64,000 nucleotides of DNA from Psilocybe cubensis (lineage: Eukaryota), in assembly GCA_017499595.2 (NCBI GenBank), contig CM039002.1, forward strand, positions 1,364,001-1,428,000, written 5' to 3'. Of the stretch, positions 60,700 through 64,000 are shown piece by piece; position 1 is the first letter of the stretch; each line of letters opens with the position of its first letter. The translations under genes and the position numbers were made by a program. A model generated the notes under the pieces. The model was given only the letters and a program-made list of their open reading frames with translations. It was not told the DNA's origin and ran no database searches.

Positions 60700-62061
60700 A
60701 TGAGGCAGCTGCCAGATGGTGGATCGAATCGTGAAATGGAAAAGAAGGCTGAGACAGCTGCGACCGGCGGCAAGATGGCGGTGGATGAGTTGGACGTGGG
60801 CCCTGACGTAGACTCGTTATCCTGCGCTGACGAATTGGACCGCTTGCACCGACAAGAGAATCGCGACTATGGCAGTGGTTCGGATTCAGACGGGCATACT
60901 GTAACACGCAGCCGCTGTCGCAATCGAAGGCGCATAGTCGCTTCTCCGCCGTCTTCTCCCAGTTCATCTTTACAATGGGCGAATGCAGACTGGGCGATCC
61001 TCATTCCTGGACCCGTTGCCGCATTGAGTCGAGACGTCAATCGTACTCGTCCACATCAAGCCAGTGGCACTAGCTCTCCGAAGCCTTACGACCACGTCCA
61101 AAAGGAGCCACAATCAGAGACCCTTACGGTTGAGGCATTCTTGAAGCGGTCGGCACAAAAGACGTACACCAGCAAGCGGAAGCGTGGAAGGCAAAAGAGG
61201 GTACTTCATACGAAACTGATTGCCGGGGGATTGGAATCTGAAGCGCACGAGGAGCAACATAATCGCGAAGATGAAAGGGACAATGAGAACGTGTACCTGA
61301 ACGCGAATACAATCCAATTGCGTTCAAGAGAAATAATAAGAGCACTATCTCCCACTTCTCCTGGCTTCTCGTCTGATATCTCGTCCGATATGGAGACAGA
61401 GACGGAAAGGCTTTCAGGTAGCCGAAACTCGTCTTCTCCTTCCTCGAAGACGAAGAAATATACAAAGTCTAAGAAAACGTCAAAGAAGAAATCCAAGTCA
61501 CTGAGGAAGCGCATATATGAAGCTGCGATATCCACACATGTTGATCCAGATCCATATTTTGCGTGTTCCCAAAAAGCAGGAAGCGTTTCGACGCGAATAC
61601 CTTTACGATTTGTCCCTGGTGTACATGTAGGGTCAATAGGTGGTTCTGAAACCCACTCTTCGAAGCGTGTAATGAAGATGAAGAAACGCAGCTTTACTCT
61701 CATCGACCCTCGCAAATCTGTGGGCATACGCACCGCGGCGTTCTCGTCGAAAATCAGGCCGCCCAATTTGGCGTTCAATAACGTCCAGAATGTGTTGCCG
61801 TCAAACAGTAGAATGACTGGCAAAAAAACCCAGGGAAAATGGAAGTGGGATCCACAGCTTGGTGCACCTATGATTGGTCCGAAACAACAATTTCTCGAAT
61901 CAAAGGTTGAAGCAAAGAAAGAACGAATCAAGCAAGATGTACCCGAGACAAAACCTGGAATCAGTCCACTAGTATTTATACCTATGCTAGAAGCAGAAGC
62001 GAGCTATTCTTCTTTGTTTCGTGGACGAGGGTCAGCTCCAGTTTGCATCCTCGGTCGCTGA
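60700..62061 (+). CDS. Hypothetical Ser/Lys/Arg-rich protein; may continue in further exons to about 62900
   Basis: 453-codon ATG-initiated ORF with no recognisable domain; splice-like signals downstream. Confidence 0.6.
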   Translation: MRQLPDGGSNREMEKKAETAATGGKMAVDELDVGPDVDSLSCADELDRLHRQENRDYGSGSDSDGHTVTRSRCRNRRRIVASPPSSPSSSLQWANADWAILIPGPVAALSRDVNRTRPHQASGTSSPKPYDHVQKEPQSETLTVEAFLKRSAQKTYTSKRKRGRQKRVLHTKLIAGGLESEAHEEQHNREDERDNENVYLNANTIQLRSREIIRALSPTSPGFSSDISSDMETETERLSGSRNSSSPSSKTKKYTKSKKTSKKKSKSLRKRIYEAAISTHVDPDPYFACSQKAGSVSTRIPLRFVPGVHVGSIGGSETHSSKRVMKMKKRSFTLIDPRKSVGIRTAAFSSKIRPPNLAFNNVQNVLPSNSRMTGKKTQGKWKWDPQLGAPMIGPKQQFLESKVEAKKERIKQDVPETKPGISPLVFIPMLEAEASYSSLFRGRGSAPVCILGR

Positions 62062-63441
62062 TAGGCATTCACCTCTTTTCGTTTTGTGGCTTAAATAAAC
62101 GTTCAGAGCCCGACCAGCAGAAATGGCACAGCCGGAGAAGAGGTCTAGGCTGAAAACTGGACCCGTGAAAACTCAGGCCAATAGATCCTCGAGCAAAGGA
62201 ACCGAGTGAGCACAGTTCCAGATCCTTATACACGTTGCATGTGTCATGGAAATGTCTGCAGGTTATCAAGGATACAAACATTAACAGAGAAAGATTATTC
62301 GACCATTGAAGAGTGTACCCCGCCAAACCGCGCATCCAAAATGGCAAGGGCAAAGTCGTCCCAAATGTAACTCACTGAAATATTTTCTACCCAGGCTATC
62401 GCACCTACACCTCGGTCAGAATCGCCTGTAGAGATAGAATCGCCGTCCATGACACCCCTCGCCGGTGTTTCCAATTTATTGGCATCCCCACAAAACTCCG
62501 CCCTAGGTAGTATAAGTTGCACCGGTAAACAGCTGCAACCCTTGGCCTCTTACGCAGACAAAATCATGGCGACAATTCTAAGCGTTACAAGAACCGAAAG
62601 CAACAAGGTAATATTGCATAGTTAGACTTCGAAATAGCTTCAGGAACAATAAGTTGACCCAGATCTTCCAGAACGCTTGATTTCCTTTTTTTACGGCATA
62701 ATAGTAAAACGCTGTCAAAGCCTTCGGTAAGTATTTGTGGGGTTCAATCTGAAGCTATTTTATTCCAAGCTTACACTTCAAGCTCACTTCGTATCTTATT
62801 GGATCAAATGGAAGCTATATCGAAGAGAGCACCCGGTTCGTCACATTATTTCATTTCTTTCTCGGGCACGTAGATAGCAGTTCATCTCCAGAATCCTCAC
62901 CTGAGTACGTGGCCTGATTTAACCCAAACGGAGCCGAACTTAATTTCCTATACTCTCTTTGCAATCTGGCGTCACTTTAAATGACTTTTGCGCACTTGCC
63001 CTGCATCTGTTTTGCTCTTCCCGATTGTTTGTCAAATAGCTTCGACCAGCCTGGACTCCGTATCATCAAGTGATACTTGCATCACTCTTGCCTCAATATA
63101 CAGATTTGTTTGCCGAATGCCTCATGTTTCGTTTTCCAATAAATAATCTTGAATAATCCAGCGGTGATGTTAAATCCTTCTTGGCACCGACATTAAAGAC
63201 AAATAATATGTTCTATGCAAAATGGATTCGAGCTAGGTATGCACGCGTGATCCCCACTAGGGGCGACAGACGTTACTTACTATACGAAATTTATGATAAG
63301 GATTATGACCAAAAGAGAAAAAAAAAAAACAAGATAACACTTCCAGATAGATGGATGGTAATTCAGTGAGAAGAAGAGAATGATAATTTATGCAGTTGAA
63401 GATCGTTCGATGGATGTGGTATCACTATAAAGAGAAAATAA

Positions 63442-64000
63442 TCAAGAATCTCCGGAGCGTGAGCGAGCGTCAACCCTGTAGCAACGCATGTTAGGGTATC
63501 TTAGAATGAGGCCTTTGCTAGTCATTTGAGCATGAATTTCTTCGAACTGTAAAAGATGATTGTTGAAAGGAATGAATATATTTGTTAACCACGGGGCCGG
63601 CAAAAGAACATCGAATAAAGATGATGCGTACCCGGGTTCCCTCTGGAAGGGGTAGGGTCCTGTGGAACATCTTTCGGACATGTTCGCGCAGAACGACACC
63701 GTCCTCTTCCTCCCATTCGGTGATCTCGCCGCTCTCCCATGTGAGGACGAGTTTGTTGCGTTGGAAGCTGATATGGATGTCCTGCTTCGCGACCTCGGGA
63801 AGGTCAAAAGTGGCCACTATGGCGCGGCCGTCCGTGGATTCACGGAAAGTTGATCTATCAGGCAAAGGGGAAGACGGGTAAATTCAGTTTACGAAGTCCA
63901 GAAAGCGACCACGACTCTGTCGTTTCAGACGCGAGCGGGGAAAGACAAGAGATATAGACTGTTATTTACATTGATTTCTGTTTCCTAACCGACTTAGGAG
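63442..64000 (-). CDS. HSP20/alpha-crystallin-like protein, 3' part (start beyond the window)
   Basis: IVATFDLPEVAKQDIHISF..KLVLTWE...FHRTLPLPEGTR/FEEIHAQMTSKGLILRYP. Confidence 0.8.

Overview
Intron-rich eukaryotic DNA from a fungus. The short GT-AG introns and gene families point to an Agaricomycete (inferred). The window holds about 20 host genes, among them an amino-acid permease, FAD oxidoreductase, COX4, sugar porter, URK1, MES1, OPT, a SARAF-like gene, MED19, an HSP20-like gene and several secreted proteins. It also holds one intron-containing tRNA-Tyr, two tandem duplications (CBM1-GH5 endoglucanases; Cys-rich secreted proteins) and a TIR element nested in a larger insertion. An intact, very young Ty1/Copia retrotransposon (identical 300-bp LTRs, 5-bp TSD) interrupts an alcohol oxidase gene between its catalytic motifs. 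The most striking observation is inside the LTR. It carries a segment split by a canonical 58-nt intron and, 13 nt downstream, an exact 53-nt already-spliced copy of the same segment. This suggests a way for a retrotransposon to use a spliced transcript yet keep its introns through reverse transcription. All gene models were spliced by eye; no searches or alignments were run.
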